DNA of 64,000 bases, from NCBI GenBank assembly GCA_943787745.1, contig CALSNJ010000002.1:1048668-1112667 (forward strand). Direction: 5' to 3'. Origin of the DNA: an uncultured Alphaproteobacteria bacterium. Its GTDB lineage: Bacteria; Pseudomonadota; Alphaproteobacteria; UBA6615. Below, in pieces: positions 30,329 through 41,000 of this stretch (position 1 is its first letter; every line of letters starts with the position of its first letter). The notes under the pieces were generated by a model. That model worked only from the letters and a program-made list of their open reading frames with translations, was not told where the DNA came from and did not search any database. The position numbers were made by a program, and so were the translations under genes.

Positions 30329-31033
30329 TCAATTTGCGCGGACAAGCTCAACAAACCGCGCAGACGCCTCGAGGTCAGCCCGAAGAGTTTCCCGCCGCGC
30401 CTCCGCCTCTGGGTCCACGCCCCAGCGGGAGTTCTGGTAAGTTTCGTCAAGCTGGCTCGCCTCGAAAGCGGCCTGCGCATCGAGCCGTTCACGAACCAAT
30501 GCCAGGGCAATGACAAGGGATCCACTCGCTGCCGTCGCGACTGATAGCGCGGCAAGTTCAAATTCATCATGCTCATCAAGTGCAGATCGTAAGCGTTGAA
30601 TATCTTCAGGGCTTTGATCCACAGGCGAAATCCCTTCGGTCACCTTGAGATCTGCACCAAAGGAGTCCCGCGACCAGTCCAGCAAAGGCTGCCACATTCT
30701 CGATTGCATCACGACAAGCCCCGACGGCGCAGGTGCGCGATAACAAACGAGATCTGTCTCTGCATAAGCGGCGATCTGGTCGGTATAGCCGCTGCGGTCC
30801 CCCCGGACCCGGTCAACAGCTGTCGCCGCCATGCGCGTCAGAGGCATCGTCTCGACGTCGATCTCCTCGGCCTGCGCATCCCATTCGTCCGAAATGGCTG
30901 TCGCCAATGTCTTTCCGGGAACCTGCAACGGGTTCCGCATAGGCGTGCGGACAGGACGACCATCCAAATGAACCTCAAGTCCAATCCCGTCATCGACAGG
31001 GGCCACAACTACGGTGTCATAAAATCTCTTCAC
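30329..31033 (-). CDS. ATP12-family F1-ATPase assembly chaperone
   Basis: 234-aa ATP12/ATPAF2-like protein (MKRFYDTV...). Confidence 0.7.
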   Translation of the reverse strand: MKRFYDTVVVAPVDDGIGLEVHLDGRPVRTPMRNPLQVPGKTLATAISDEWDAQAEEIDVETMPLTRMAATAVDRVRGDRSGYTDQIAAYAETDLVCYRAPAPSGLVVMQSRMWQPLLDWSRDSFGADLKVTEGISPVDQSPEDIQRLRSALDEHDEFELAALSVATAASGSLVIALALVRERLDAQAAFEASQLDETYQNSRWGVDPEAEARRETLRADLEASARFVELVRAN

Positions 31034-31054
31034 AGCTTGCTATCCAGTCGAATT

Positions 31055-34000
31055 TTATTCGCTACCATTACCCGGCTTTTGCGATGCGTCCGGTTCTCGC
31101 GCTCCCTCGGGATTGCCGCCCTGTACAGGCTTGGATGGCGCGGCATCTTTCTGCCCGTCTGCCCCCCTGACGGTCTGCACGCAAGGATGCGAGCTACCTC
31201 CCAATTCGGTAAGACCAATGAGCGCAGCAGGCGGAAACAGCACCGAACCCAGCAAGGCTCCAAGTTTTGTCAGTGTTGCAAGTGTATTGGGACGAAAGCT
31301 CGGATCGCTCAATGGTCCGCGCACATCAATCGGAACAGCCAGACTGAGATCAAAACCACGCGGAGACGGTTTTATCTTCAGGTTGTAGCGCTCTGTCGCC
31401 AGATTGATATCCCCGGAAACTCCCAGTTCGATAACTTCGGTCTTCAAAACACCAACTTTACTGGTTGCGATACCCTGCGCGATGTCGAAATCACTCGCCA
31501 GGCATTCGATTGCCACCCACTGCTTATTGTTGAGCACCTCGCCAATACCTGAGAACAGGCCACTGACAAACCCCAGACCCTCGTTCCGCATCCGTCCTTC
31601 AGACATCAACAGGCGCGCATCACCATCCAGACTTCCAACAATTTCAGCGATAGAGTGTCCGGATCCCGTAATCGAAGCATCGAAAGTCCCCTTCCCTTCA
31701 ATCACATCCAGATTGACGAAATCCTTAAGAAGTTGACCAATCTGCAGGTTCGGGCTTTGCAGGTTTAGCACCAGCAAAGGCTTTTCAGCCCGGGCATCAA
31801 ATTTGAACTCACCCTGCACATCGCTCTGTCTGTAGGTGAGTGCCAAGGGTTGAAAACTCAGCACATCGGAATCCAGGACAATGCGAGAATCGATGCTCCG
31901 GTAGATTCCGTAGGGGGTCACCAATTCTCCTGCCTTCAATGCCACATCAATTTTTGCAGCACGCAGAAAATCGAGCGGCAGCAAGTCTGCCGGAAATATC
32001 TTGTCGCTGGTATCTTTCGCGTCTTCAGCCAACACTGACTCTTTTGCAGGCAAGAGCGGGACAATTGCCGGTGTCTCGTCCGGGAAGACCAGTGTGGAAT
32101 CGAAACGCACTGTATCGATTGTTCCTGAGATGTCGGGCTGTACACCTGAAAAGACGATACGTCCCTGTGCTTTTAGATCGGAATCTTCGAGCTGAAGAAC
32201 GAGGTTCTCAAAACTGAATTGCCCCTCATCCCCTTTTACAATTGCTGTCAGATCTATCGGCAGATCCTGTGGCAGATCAAAGTCGACAAACGTTTTGAGG
32301 AACCCCAGCCGTTGCGCCTTGGCATCAAGAACGAGATCATAGTCGATGCTCTGATCCTTACCGGCAGTATCAACCGTCACGGACCCCGTAAGCGCTGTCT
32401 GCTCAAAAGACACAGGGTCAAAATCTAGGGCCACAGTCTTATCTGTGCCCTTGGCCGCAATATTTCCGGTTATCGGGCCAATATCCGGAAAATCCAAATC
32501 CACAATCGGATCCAGGATGGCCAGTGACTGCCCATCTGCCGTGACCGAGAGATCATAAGTCAATGCGTCCGAATCCTGTTCGAAGCCGGTTGTGAACTTT
32601 CCGTTCACCGACGCGTTCTGGAACTGCGCATTCTCAAGATCAAGGCGCAGGTTTTTATCATCCCCCCGCAGGCGGGCTTTGCCGGTGACCGGACCAAAGT
32701 CGGGAAGATCATCCACATAAGACGCAACGATGGTCAGGACTTGCCCGCTAAGATCGGCTGATACATCAAACGCAAAGCCAGAGACTTCCTCGGTCAGGCC
32801 GGTTTGAAGGAAGCCGGTAAAATTGACGTTCTCAACCTGAACACCCTCAGGCTTGATCCGCATTTCGACCAGATCACCAAACATCCGCACCTTCCCTGTC
32901 ATCGGGCTGATCACAGGAAGTGTGACATCGAGGAAAGGGCGGGCAATGTCGATCGACTGATCCTTCATGTCGAAGGTGGCGTCATATGTGATGGCACCGG
33001 CTTCTCCGAGGAAGTCCACGGTCGCTCCCCCGCTCACGGAAGACTGCCCAACGCGTGCCGTTTTCGCGTCAATCCGCAGCCCTTCCTGATTGCCGGTAAT
33101 TCCAAAGACACCGTCGACAGGCCCAAGGGTCTTCAGAGGTAAATCGACATAGGCATCGGCAAGCCCCAGAGACTGGCCATCAAGCGTCATCGACAGGTCA
33201 TATTCGATTGTCTCATCGTCGAGATCAATTTCCGCTCTGCCCGTCAGACGCGCATGTTCGGCTTGGACCAAAATTCCCTCAACAACCGGCTGAAGCGGTT
33301 TTCCGGAAATCCGTGCGCTTATGGTCAACGGACCAATATCAGGCAACGGGGCTGTTATGAATGGGTCGACCGTGCCAATCGCATCACCCAACACGGTAAT
33401 ACTGACATCAAAACCATCGGGTTCCTGAGGCTGGCGCACACCACCATCCACTTCAACCTCCAGACCGAATACCGTACCTGTCAAATTGACAGGCACCGGT
33501 TGTCGACCAGAGAAGATTGAATCCCATGACCCAATCCTGCCGCTCAAATCAACTTCAGCGGTTTCATCGGCCAGACGCAAACTTCCCTCGATATCAATAT
33601 CCAGAGGGTCGCCAGGCGCACCCGGTTCGGCAATGGCCTTTTTAATCGAAGCGCGGGTTTGCGTTCCGGCGCGCCCATCAACAATGTCGAAATTCACGTT
33701 CTCCAGACGAAATTGGGCGATCTCGAACGGCAGTTCATCAAATATACTGCTGTCGTCCTCCGGTTGATCGCTTTCCAGATTCGACAAAAAATCGAGATTA
33801 CTCCGCCCCTCATTATCGAATTCGATATCCCCGTTCACACCGCGGATAAACAGTCGTTCGATATCAACATATCCAGAGAGCAACGGCAGAATACGAACAT
33901 CGAGTTCCAACCGTTCCAATGACAACATCTGGGGAACCTTGGCCCATTCGGCATTGGCGAAGGTGACGTCGCGGACAACAAGCTTTGTCGTTGATCCGAT

Positions 34001-34180
34001 ATCCAGATCGATCACCCCATCGAAGGAGAGTTTCCGCCCTGTTTCCTTCTCGACGTAGGCCGTGATCCGGTCCTTGTGATTATTGGGATCCAGATTGAGG
34101 ATATAGGCGACCGCGGAAACAACCACGGCCACCAGAAGAATTCCGACAATTTTCAATATCGTGCGCAGGCGCATCAACAA
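31055..34180 (-). CDS. AsmA-family protein, large periplasmic (1041 aa)
   Basis: N-terminal TM anchor, a long beta-rich body and a characteristic AsmA C-terminal segment. TTG start. Confidence 0.7.
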   Translation of the reverse strand: MLMRLRTILKIVGILLVAVVVSAVAYILNLDPNNHKDRITAYVEKETGRKLSFDGVIDLDIGSTTKLVVRDVTFANAEWAKVPQMLSLERLELDVRILPLLSGYVDIERLFIRGVNGDIEFDNEGRSNLDFLSNLESDQPEDDSSIFDELPFEIAQFRLENVNFDIVDGRAGTQTRASIKKAIAEPGAPGDPLDIDIEGSLRLADETAEVDLSGRIGSWDSIFSGRQPVPVNLTGTVFGLEVEVDGGVRQPQEPDGFDVSITVLGDAIGTVDPFITAPLPDIGPLTISARISGKPLQPVVEGILVQAEHARLTGRAEIDLDDETIEYDLSMTLDGQSLGLADAYVDLPLKTLGPVDGVFGITGNQEGLRIDAKTARVGQSSVSGGATVDFLGEAGAITYDATFDMKDQSIDIARPFLDVTLPVISPMTGKVRMFGDLVEMRIKPEGVQVENVNFTGFLQTGLTEEVSGFAFDVSADLSGQVLTIVASYVDDLPDFGPVTGKARLRGDDKNLRLDLENAQFQNASVNGKFTTGFEQDSDALTYDLSVTADGQSLAILDPIVDLDFPDIGPITGNIAAKGTDKTVALDFDPVSFEQTALTGSVTVDTAGKDQSIDYDLVLDAKAQRLGFLKTFVDFDLPQDLPIDLTAIVKGDEGQFSFENLVLQLEDSDLKAQGRIVFSGVQPDISGTIDTVRFDSTLVFPDETPAIVPLLPAKESVLAEDAKDTSDKIFPADLLPLDFLRAAKIDVALKAGELVTPYGIYRSIDSRIVLDSDVLSFQPLALTYRQSDVQGEFKFDARAEKPLLVLNLQSPNLQIGQLLKDFVNLDVIEGKGTFDASITGSGHSIAEIVGSLDGDARLLMSEGRMRNEGLGFVSGLFSGIGEVLNNKQWVAIECLASDFDIAQGIATSKVGVLKTEVIELGVSGDINLATERYNLKIKPSPRGFDLSLAVPIDVRGPLSDPSFRPNTLATLTKLGALLGSVLFPPAALIGLTELGGSSHPCVQTVRGADGQKDAAPSKPVQGGNPEGAREPDASQKPGNGSE

Positions 34181-34328
34181 TGCCTTCTGTTAGAAAATGC
34201 AGTAACGACATCAACGACTGAAGTCGGAAAAAGCTCCGCCACCCCATCAAGCACACATAGCGCATCACCCGGATTTGTTCGATTGCCATTCCTCTAAATC
34301 GCGGGAATGAACGCAAAATAACCTTGTT

Positions 34329-35294
34329 TCAAGCCGTTTTGGCATTGAATCCAAGGAATTTCCAACTTTCGTGCAATTCATCATCAAGCGGGGCAGAAAC
34401 CTGAAGGCGCTCTCCGCCCGCCGGATGAGGCAATGACAGGGATTGAGCGTGCAAATGCAGTCGCTTGGGGAGCCCCGCAAAAAAGCTCTCGCGGCCGCCA
34501 TACTTTCCGTCCCCCAAAATCGGGTTCCCCATCAAGGCACAATGAGCCCGCAATTGATGGGTACGCCCTGTCCGCGGGCGCAGTTCCAGCCAGGCGACCC
34601 GCCCGGCTGCATTGTCGATGACACGGTAGTCGGTCTCGGCAAACTGGCCCTCATCCGCAGCCTCCATCTTTTCATGTCCCAGACCGCCGCGCTTCTCAAG
34701 CGGGGCATCAATCGTTCCCGCTTCAACCTCAGGCAGACCCATAACAAGAGCCCAGTAGACTTTCTCGACCGTCCGGCCCTGAAAGGAGCGACTGAGGGTC
34801 TGAGCGGCCTGTCTGGTCCGCGCCAACAACAGAACACCACTTGTATCCTTATCCAACCGATGGACCAGCCGTGGGCGCTCAGAGGCGTCGTAGCGCAACG
34901 CATCGAGCATTCCATCGACATGGCGCGTGGTGCCAGAGCCGCCCTGCACAGCCAATCCAGATGGTTTGTTGATCGCAATCACGTGGTCGTCCTTGTAGAT
35001 GACACGGGATTGCAAATCAGCAGCAACCTTTGGCGGAACCACCGGGTGGGTGCGTTCTGTTTTCGCAGTCACCGGTGCCATCGGCGGCAGTCGAATTTCC
35101 TGACCGCTGGACAAACGCACACCGGGTTTTACGCGGCCACCATCAACGCGCACCTGACCTGTGCGCAACCATTTCGCCAGTTGCCCATAGGGGACGTTGG
35201 GGAAATGTCGTTTGAACCACCGGTCAACGCGGATATCGTCGTCATCGGCCGAGACTTCCATATGCCGAACGGCATTTTCTTCTGTTGTATTCAT
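34329..35294 (-). CDS. RluA-family 23S rRNA pseudouridine synthase with N-terminal S4 domain (RluC/RluD-like)
   Basis: 321 aa: an S4 domain, a catalytic HRLDKDTSG motif, and GDGKYG. Confidence 0.82.
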   Translation of the reverse strand: MNTTEENAVRHMEVSADDDDIRVDRWFKRHFPNVPYGQLAKWLRTGQVRVDGGRVKPGVRLSSGQEIRLPPMAPVTAKTERTHPVVPPKVAADLQSRVIYKDDHVIAINKPSGLAVQGGSGTTRHVDGMLDALRYDASERPRLVHRLDKDTSGVLLLARTRQAAQTLSRSFQGRTVEKVYWALVMGLPEVEAGTIDAPLEKRGGLGHEKMEAADEGQFAETDYRVIDNAAGRVAWLELRPRTGRTHQLRAHCALMGNPILGDGKYGGRESFFAGLPKRLHLHAQSLSLPHPAGGERLQVSAPLDDELHESWKFLGFNAKTA

Positions 35295-35665
35295 GTAAAC
35301 AAAATCCGCGCGAGCTTCAGCCCAGCAAAAAGCGCCGTTATCGATAGCGCAACTGATGCCACTATATAGGCACCTGCAAGCAGGAGCTGCCCGCGCTCAT
35401 AGAGCAACACCACATCCAGCGAAAACGTCGAAAAGGTTGTAAAAGCGCCCAGTCCGCCAACAGTCAGCAGCGCACGCATTTCCATAGACACGGGCCAGGA
35501 CACTGCAAAAACATGTACCAGTGCGCCCATGAGGAACGACCCCACCACATTGACGGTCAATGTCGCCCACGGAAAGCCTGTACCCAGAAGAACAACCGTC
35601 CCCACATTCACGAAATGTCGCCCCACGGCACCAATGGCACCACCACAGGCGATCGCAAGAATCAT
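35291..35665 (-). CDS. crcB: Fluoride ion channel CrcB/FluC
   Basis: 124 aa with four TM helices and GTFTTFSTF. ATG 35665 preferred. A TTG at 35725 would overlap rarA. Confidence 0.85.
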   Translation of the reverse strand: MILAIACGGAIGAVGRHFVNVGTVVLLGTGFPWATLTVNVVGSFLMGALVHVFAVSWPVSMEMRALLTVGGLGAFTTFSTFSLDVVLLYERGQLLLAGAYIVASVALSITALFAGLKLARILFT

Positions 35666-35705
35666 GTTCACGTCACACCGGGGCCCGGCAAAATCAGCCT
35701 GTTTG

Positions 35706-37028
35706 TCATGATTCTGAATCCTCAACGCGACGCTGTGACCGCAACTTATCCCAGTACTCTAGGCGTTTGGAAATCTCGCGTTCAAAACCGCGCTCAACAG
35801 GTTGATAGAAGTTCTGGCGTGCGATGTCTTCCGGGAAGTAATCCTGCCCCGAAAACCCATCTTCGGCATTGTGGTCGTAGCTGTAACCTGCCCCGTACCC
35901 CAGGTCTTTCATAAGGCCGGTTGGCGCATTCAGGATGTGCTTTGGCGGCATGAGTGAGCCCGTTTCTTTGGCCGCCCGCATAGCAGCGCCAAAGGCACTG
36001 TAGGCCGCATTGGATTTGGGGGCGCTGGCCAGATAGATCGTGCATTGCGCCAGCGCAAGCTCCCCCTCCGGCGAACCTATACGTTCATAAGCTTCCCAGG
36101 CTGCAAGCGCTTGGGGCAATGCCTGAGGATCGGCCAGACCGATATCCTCCACCGCAGCACGCGCCAGGCGTCGCGCGATAAAACGCGGATCTTCCCCGCC
36201 GGCAAGCATCCGCGCCAGCCAGTAGAGCGCTGCGTCCACATCTGACCCCCGCAGGGATTTATGGAGAGCACTGATCAGATTGTAGTGGCCTTCCTGCCCC
36301 TTATCATAAAGCGGCGCCCGCTTCTGGACAGTCTCAATCAATTGCGCGGTATCGAGCGGGGTGTCGCGGTCCAGCGCAAACAGTTCTTCAGCCAGGTTCA
36401 GCAAATAACGCCCATCCCCATCGGCCATGGCACGTAAGGCATGACGGGCCTCTTCATCGACAGGCATCGATCGCCCTTCGATCGCTTCCGCCCGCGACAA
36501 CAATTCATCAAGCGCAGCATCCGAGAGACGGTTCAAGACGAAGACCTGACATCGCGACAACAATGCAGCATTGATTTCAAAGGAAGGGTTTTCGGTTGTT
36601 GCCCCTATCAGGGTGACCGTGCCGTCTTCCACGTAAGGCAAGAATCCGTCCTGCTGGGCGCGGTTGAAGCGATGGATTTCATCGATAAACAGCAACGTCC
36701 CCTTCCCACCCGCACGACGCGCAGACGCACGTTCAAAGACCTTACGGAGGTCCGCAACGCCGGAAAAAACCGCAGAAAGGGGCTCAAATTCCAGATCTGT
36801 CTCAAGCGCAAGCAATCTTGCAATCGTCGTCTTTCCGCAACCCGGCGGCCCCCATAACACCATGCTCGCCAGTCGGCCATTTACCGTCATCCGACCGATG
36901 GGCCCCTCTTTCGCAAGAAGGTGGTCCTGCCCGACCACTTCGCTGATCGTCACTGGGCGCAATCTGTCTGCAAGCGGACGCGGCGCTTGCGCAGAAAACA
37001 TCTCAGACTGGTCCAGTGGGCCAGTCAT
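35706..37028 (-). CDS. rarA: Replication-associated recombination protein A (AAA+ ATPase)
   Basis: Walker A GPPGCGKTT, and the Walker B/MgsA helical lid. ATG 37028 (440 aa) overlaps the degP stop (ATGA). The tool ORF extends to 37082. Confidence 0.88.
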   Translation of the reverse strand: MTGPLDQSEMFSAQAPRPLADRLRPVTISEVVGQDHLLAKEGPIGRMTVNGRLASMVLWGPPGCGKTTIARLLALETDLEFEPLSAVFSGVADLRKVFERASARRAGGKGTLLFIDEIHRFNRAQQDGFLPYVEDGTVTLIGATTENPSFEINAALLSRCQVFVLNRLSDAALDELLSRAEAIEGRSMPVDEEARHALRAMADGDGRYLLNLAEELFALDRDTPLDTAQLIETVQKRAPLYDKGQEGHYNLISALHKSLRGSDVDAALYWLARMLAGGEDPRFIARRLARAAVEDIGLADPQALPQALAAWEAYERIGSPEGELALAQCTIYLASAPKSNAAYSAFGAAMRAAKETGSLMPPKHILNAPTGLMKDLGYGAGYSYDHNAEDGFSGQDYFPEDIARQNFYQPVERGFEREISKRLEYWDKLRSQRRVEDSES

Positions 37029-38443
37029 CCTGTGATCGAGATTGAAAACAGGCGTCCGGCGCGCCGCACCGTTATTTGCCACCGGGGACGCTGCTCAGAG
37101 ACCGCCGCCCGTAACTGTGAAACGCGGTCGATCTTCTGATCATTAATTTCAACAACCACATCACCGGGTCGGAATTCCAAGCGATGGGCGGGGCTGCGGG
37201 ACGCCACATCACGCACCACCACTCCGGTATCAAAATGATCCCGGCCCATCTCTGCCGCCAGCGCAGGAGATAGGTTTGCGATCGTCGCCCCCGCCAGGGG
37301 ATGCGGGCCGCGGAGTTGATGTTCGTTACGTGCCGGAATTTCAGGGGGATGTTCAAGGATCAAATCAACATCAAACAATTGATCGGGGCGCCGCACAGAC
37401 AACCGGGTCGTTTCACCCACAAGCCCCGTGGCAATCCGAAACCGCAGACCTTCTTCATCAAAGACAGGCTGGCCCTCTACGGCAATGATGATATCGCCGG
37501 ATTTGAGACCCGAACGCAAAGCCGGGCCCTCCGGGTGGATGTCAGAAAGTATGACCCCCTCGGGTCGCGCAAGGCCGATCGCGCTGGCAATATCAGGCGT
37601 GACCGTACCGGCCTTGGCACCGAGCCACGCCCGCCGCAACGCATCACCCGACGCAGCGCCTGCAATGACGGTTCGCACCATATTGGACGGAACGGCAAAA
37701 CCGATCCCCTGACTGCCTCCGCTTCGGGAGAAGATCGCGGTATTAATGCCGGCAAGTGTTCCATCCATCCGCAATAGCGCGCCCCCCGAATTACCCGGAT
37801 TGATTGCGGCATCTGTCTGGATGAAGAAATTGAAGTCGGAAATGCCAACATTTGTCCGTGCCAGGCCTGAAACGATACCGCTGGTGACGGTCTGACCAAC
37901 ACCGAAGGGATTCCCGATTGCCAGTACGAGATCGCCCACTTCCAGCTGATCGCTATCCCCCAGTTCGACATAGGGCAGGCTCTCACCATCGGTGTCGAGC
38001 TGCAGGATTGCCAGATCGGTTTGTTCGTCTTCGCGCAGAATTCGCGCGTCAAACTCACGGCGGTCGGACAACACCACCTTGATGGTGTCAGCTCCCTCGA
38101 TCACATGAAAATTCGTCACGATCAGCCCGTCCGGACGAACGATCACCCCGGACCCGAGAGAGTTCTCGGAACGTTCGCGTGGCTGCACGCGATCAAAGGA
38201 TTCACCGAAGAAACGCCGGAAAAATGGATCATTGAACAGAGGTGAAGCCGGGCCTCGCGGTTGAACAGCTTTGCGGGTAAACACATTGACCACAGCCGGG
38301 GAGGCCTGCTTCACAAGCGGTGCAAATGACAACATCACCTGTTCACGGCCTTCGGGTGCGACGCGCTGAGCAGCAGCATCCGACACATAAACGGCCGCCA
38401 GCAGGACCAAGGACAGGGCGATAATTCTTGAAATAGCACTCAT
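37025..38443 (-). CDS. degP: DegP/HtrA-family periplasmic serine endoprotease (trypsin domain + 2 PDZ)
   Basis: 472 aa with a signal peptide, the His-Asp-Ser triad GNSGGAL, and two PDZ domains. Confidence 0.88.
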   Translation of the reverse strand: MSAISRIIALSLVLLAAVYVSDAAAQRVAPEGREQVMLSFAPLVKQASPAVVNVFTRKAVQPRGPASPLFNDPFFRRFFGESFDRVQPRERSENSLGSGVIVRPDGLIVTNFHVIEGADTIKVVLSDRREFDARILREDEQTDLAILQLDTDGESLPYVELGDSDQLEVGDLVLAIGNPFGVGQTVTSGIVSGLARTNVGISDFNFFIQTDAAINPGNSGGALLRMDGTLAGINTAIFSRSGGSQGIGFAVPSNMVRTVIAGAASGDALRRAWLGAKAGTVTPDIASAIGLARPEGVILSDIHPEGPALRSGLKSGDIIIAVEGQPVFDEEGLRFRIATGLVGETTRLSVRRPDQLFDVDLILEHPPEIPARNEHQLRGPHPLAGATIANLSPALAAEMGRDHFDTGVVVRDVASRSPAHRLEFRPGDVVVEINDQKIDRVSQLRAAVSEQRPRWQITVRRAGRLFSISITG

Positions 38444-38486
38444 GGTTCAATTCTAGTCCGGTTCGCGCAAAGTTTCATTGCCGGAG

Positions 38487-38516
38487 ACGAAAAAGGCCGC
38501 TCAAAAGAGCGGCCTT
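38487..38516 (-). terminator. Intrinsic terminator ending the alpha operon, after rplQ
   Basis: Minus strand reads AGGCCGCTC-TTTT-GAGCGGCCT followed by TTTTT, ~25 nt past the rplQ stop. Confidence 0.8.
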
Positions 38517-38541
38517 GATCAAATTATCGTCGATGTGCGCC

Positions 38542-38970
38542 CTAGGCCGCAACCTCTTCGAAATCCTCTTCATTGACCTGAACCGGACCTGAATCCTGTC
38601 CCTTGGCGTCTTCGTCGCGATCCACCAACTCAATAATGGCCATCGGCGCAGAATCACCATAGCGGAAACCCGCCTTGAGAACGCGCGTATAGCCACCCGG
38701 GCGATCCGCATACCGCTCTGCCAAAGTAGAGAACAACTTCTCTACAAGAGCGCGATCCTTGATCGTGCTCAGGGCCTGACGGCGCGCATGCAGGTCTCCC
38801 CGCTTGCCGAGTGTGATCAGCTTATCAACGATGCTCCGCAGCTCTTTTGCCTTGGGCAACGTCGTCACGATTTGCTCGTGCTTGACCAGTGCGGTGGACA
38901 TATTCGCGAACATCGCCTTGCGGTGACTGCTCGTCCGATTAAGTTTCCGCGGACCTTTACGGTGTCGCAT
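38542..38970 (-). CDS. rplQ: 50S ribosomal protein L17
   Basis: 142-aa L17 sequence ([21 protein letters not shown]...). Confidence 0.95.
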   Translation of the reverse strand: MRHRKGPRKLNRTSSHRKAMFANMSTALVKHEQIVTTLPKAKELRSIVDKLITLGKRGDLHARRQALSTIKDRALVEKLFSTLAERYADRPGGYTRVLKAGFRYGDSAPMAIIELVDRDEDAKGQDSGPVQVNEEDFEEVAA

Positions 38971-38997
38971 TGTAACTACTCCTAAGCTTCAGGACCG

Positions 38998-40017
38998 TTA
39001 GAACGGTTCTTCGAGGCGCTTTGCCAGATCTTCAATATTCTCGGGCGGCCAGGCGGGGATCTCCATACCGAGGTGGAGGCCCATCTGTGCCAGAACTTCC
39101 TTGATTTCGTTCAACGACTTACGACCGAAGTTCGGCGTACGAAGCATTTCTGCTTCAGTCTTTTGAACGAGATCGCCGATGTAAACGATGTTGTCGTTCT
39201 TGAGACAATTCGCGGAGCGAACGGACAGCTCCAACTCATCAACCTTGCGAAGAAGGTTGCGGTTGAATTCAAGCTCGTCATCAATTTCCTCAACCGGCTG
39301 AGCTGCTTTCGGCTCGTCGAAGTTGACGAAGAGCTGAAGCTGGTCCTGAAGAATGCGCGCGGCCAGTGCCACTGCATCTTCCGGTGTCATTGCACCGTTT
39401 GTCTCTAGCTCAAGGGTGAGTTTATCAAGATCAGTCCGCTCGCCAACACGGGCATTGCCGACATGATAAGAAACCTTGTGAACCGGCGAAAACAGCGCAT
39501 CCACCGGGATCAGACCGATCGGCGCATCCGCAGCGCGGTTCTGTGCGGCCGGCACATAACCCTTGCCGGATTCAACCATCAATTCCATCACAACACGGGC
39601 GCCCTGATCGAGCGTCATCAAAACGTGATCCGGATCCATGATTTCAATATCGGGACCAGTATCGATCTGACTTGCTGTCACCTCACCCGGACCTGTCGCA
39701 GTGAGCGTCATCCGCTTGGGACCTTCGCTATGCATGCGCAAGGCAAGGGCCTTGATATTCAGGACCACATCGGTGATGTCCTCGCGAACACCCGGAATGG
39801 ACGAAAACTCGTGCAGAACGCCTTCGATCTGGATCGACGTTACGGCTGCACCCTGCAGAGACGAAAGCAGAATGCGGCGCAATGCATTGCCAAGCGTCAG
39901 GCCAAAGCCACGCTCCAGCGGTTCAGCCACAACAGTTGCCTGACGTGCCGGGTTCAAACCGCCGGCAATGTCGAGCTTGTTGGGTTTAATCAATTCGGTC
40001 CAATTCTTTTGAAGCAT
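38998..40017 (-). CDS. rpoA: DNA-directed RNA polymerase alpha subunit
   Basis: 339-aa RpoA with NTD and CTD. Confidence 0.95.
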   Translation of the reverse strand: MLQKNWTELIKPNKLDIAGGLNPARQATVVAEPLERGFGLTLGNALRRILLSSLQGAAVTSIQIEGVLHEFSSIPGVREDITDVVLNIKALALRMHSEGPKRMTLTATGPGEVTASQIDTGPDIEIMDPDHVLMTLDQGARVVMELMVESGKGYVPAAQNRAADAPIGLIPVDALFSPVHKVSYHVGNARVGERTDLDKLTLELETNGAMTPEDAVALAARILQDQLQLFVNFDEPKAAQPVEEIDDELEFNRNLLRKVDELELSVRSANCLKNDNIVYIGDLVQKTEAEMLRTPNFGRKSLNEIKEVLAQMGLHLGMEIPAWPPENIEDLAKRLEEPF

Positions 40018-40108
40018 ATTGCTTTCCTTAAACCTTTTTCGGCCCGCCTCGACCCAATGTCATGACGAACCGTTTGTAATTGGTAACCGCGCCCCTCAGG
40101 GCGCGTGA

Positions 40109-40501
40109 TCAGACGCGCCGACGCTTGCGCGGGCGGCATCCGTTGTGCGGAACCGGCGTCACGTCACGGATCATTGTGATCTCGAAACCGACGGCCTGAA
40201 GCGCACGCAGTGCAGATTCACGACCTGAACCCGGGCCCTTGACCTGAACCGAAAGGGTTTTCATCCCGTGTTCCTGGGCTTTTTTGCCGGCATCCTCTGC
40301 GGCCATCTGGGCAGCATAAGGCGTCGATTTACGCGACCCCTTGAAACCCTGTGTCCCCGCGGACGACCATGCGATGGCATTGCCTTGCGCATCAGCGATC
40401 GTGATGTGGGTGTTGTTGAACGTCGCGTTTACATGCGCTACGCCCGAAGTGATGTTCTTACGCTCGCGCCGACGAACGCGTGCTGTTGCGGCTTTTGCCA
40501 T
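40109..40501 (-). CDS. rpsK: 30S ribosomal protein S11
   Basis: 130-aa S11. Confidence 0.95.
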   Translation of the reverse strand: MAKAATARVRRRERKNITSGVAHVNATFNNTHITIADAQGNAIAWSSAGTQGFKGSRKSTPYAAQMAAEDAGKKAQEHGMKTLSVQVKGPGSGRESALRALQAVGFEITMIRDVTPVPHNGCRPRKRRRV

Positions 40502-40529
40502 AACTTGAATACCCTAGTTTATTGAGCCC

Positions 40530-40901
40530 TTAGGCCTTTTTCTTACCGGCGATCGGCCGTGCTTTACCTTTGCGCGTACGCGCATTCGTATGTGTGCGCT
40601 GTCCGTTGACCGGCAAGCCCTTGCGATGACGCACGCCACGATAGGACCCAAGGTCCATATAGCGTTTAATGTTCATCGCAACTTCACGACGCAGATCACC
40701 TTCGACCTGGTAGTTCTGATCGATCGTCTCGCGAACGCGGATCACTTCGTCGTCGGTGAGTTCATGCACACGACGCTCCAGCGGAATTCCGCATTGTTCG
40801 CAGATTTCCTCAGCTTTCGTCGGTCCGATCCCATGAATATAGGTCAGCGCGATCGGAAGCCGCTTCTGCGTTGGAATATTGATACCTGCAATACGTGCCA
40901 C
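40530..40901 (-). CDS. rpsM: 30S ribosomal protein S13
   Basis: 123-aa S13 ([10 protein letters not shown]...). GTG start. Confidence 0.95.
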   Translation of the reverse strand: MARIAGINIPTQKRLPIALTYIHGIGPTKAEEICEQCGIPLERRVHELTDDEVIRVRETIDQNYQVEGDLRREVAMNIKRYMDLGSYRGVRHRKGLPVNGQRTHTNARTRKGKARPIAGKKKA

Positions 40902-40968
40902 GCTCCGAACTCCTTCGTGGTTACGGTGCGGTCAAAACGGCCAAATGTAAGGCTAACCGGGCGGCGGG

Positions 40969-40996
40969 ATTATAGAATTTTCCGCCGCGGGGTCAA
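40969..40996 (-). promoter_or_regulatory. Candidate sigma70 promoter of the alpha operon (TTGACC-N16-TATAAT)
   Basis: Minus strand in the adk-rpsM spacer: TTGACC ccgcggcggaaaattc TATAAT, ~60 nt upstream of the rpsM GTG. The -10 sits in the loop of a GCGGCGG/CCGCCGC hairpin. Confidence 0.45.
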
Positions 40997-41000
40997 TAGC

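Noticed and set aside
34443-35369. 308-aa +-strand ORF
   Set aside because: Antisense to the RluA-family synthase and crcB.
35666-35705. Fluoride riboswitch upstream of crcB
   Set aside because: Only 40 nt of non-coding sequence is available, and no GGNGATGG / CTAATGR-like riboswitch signature is visible.
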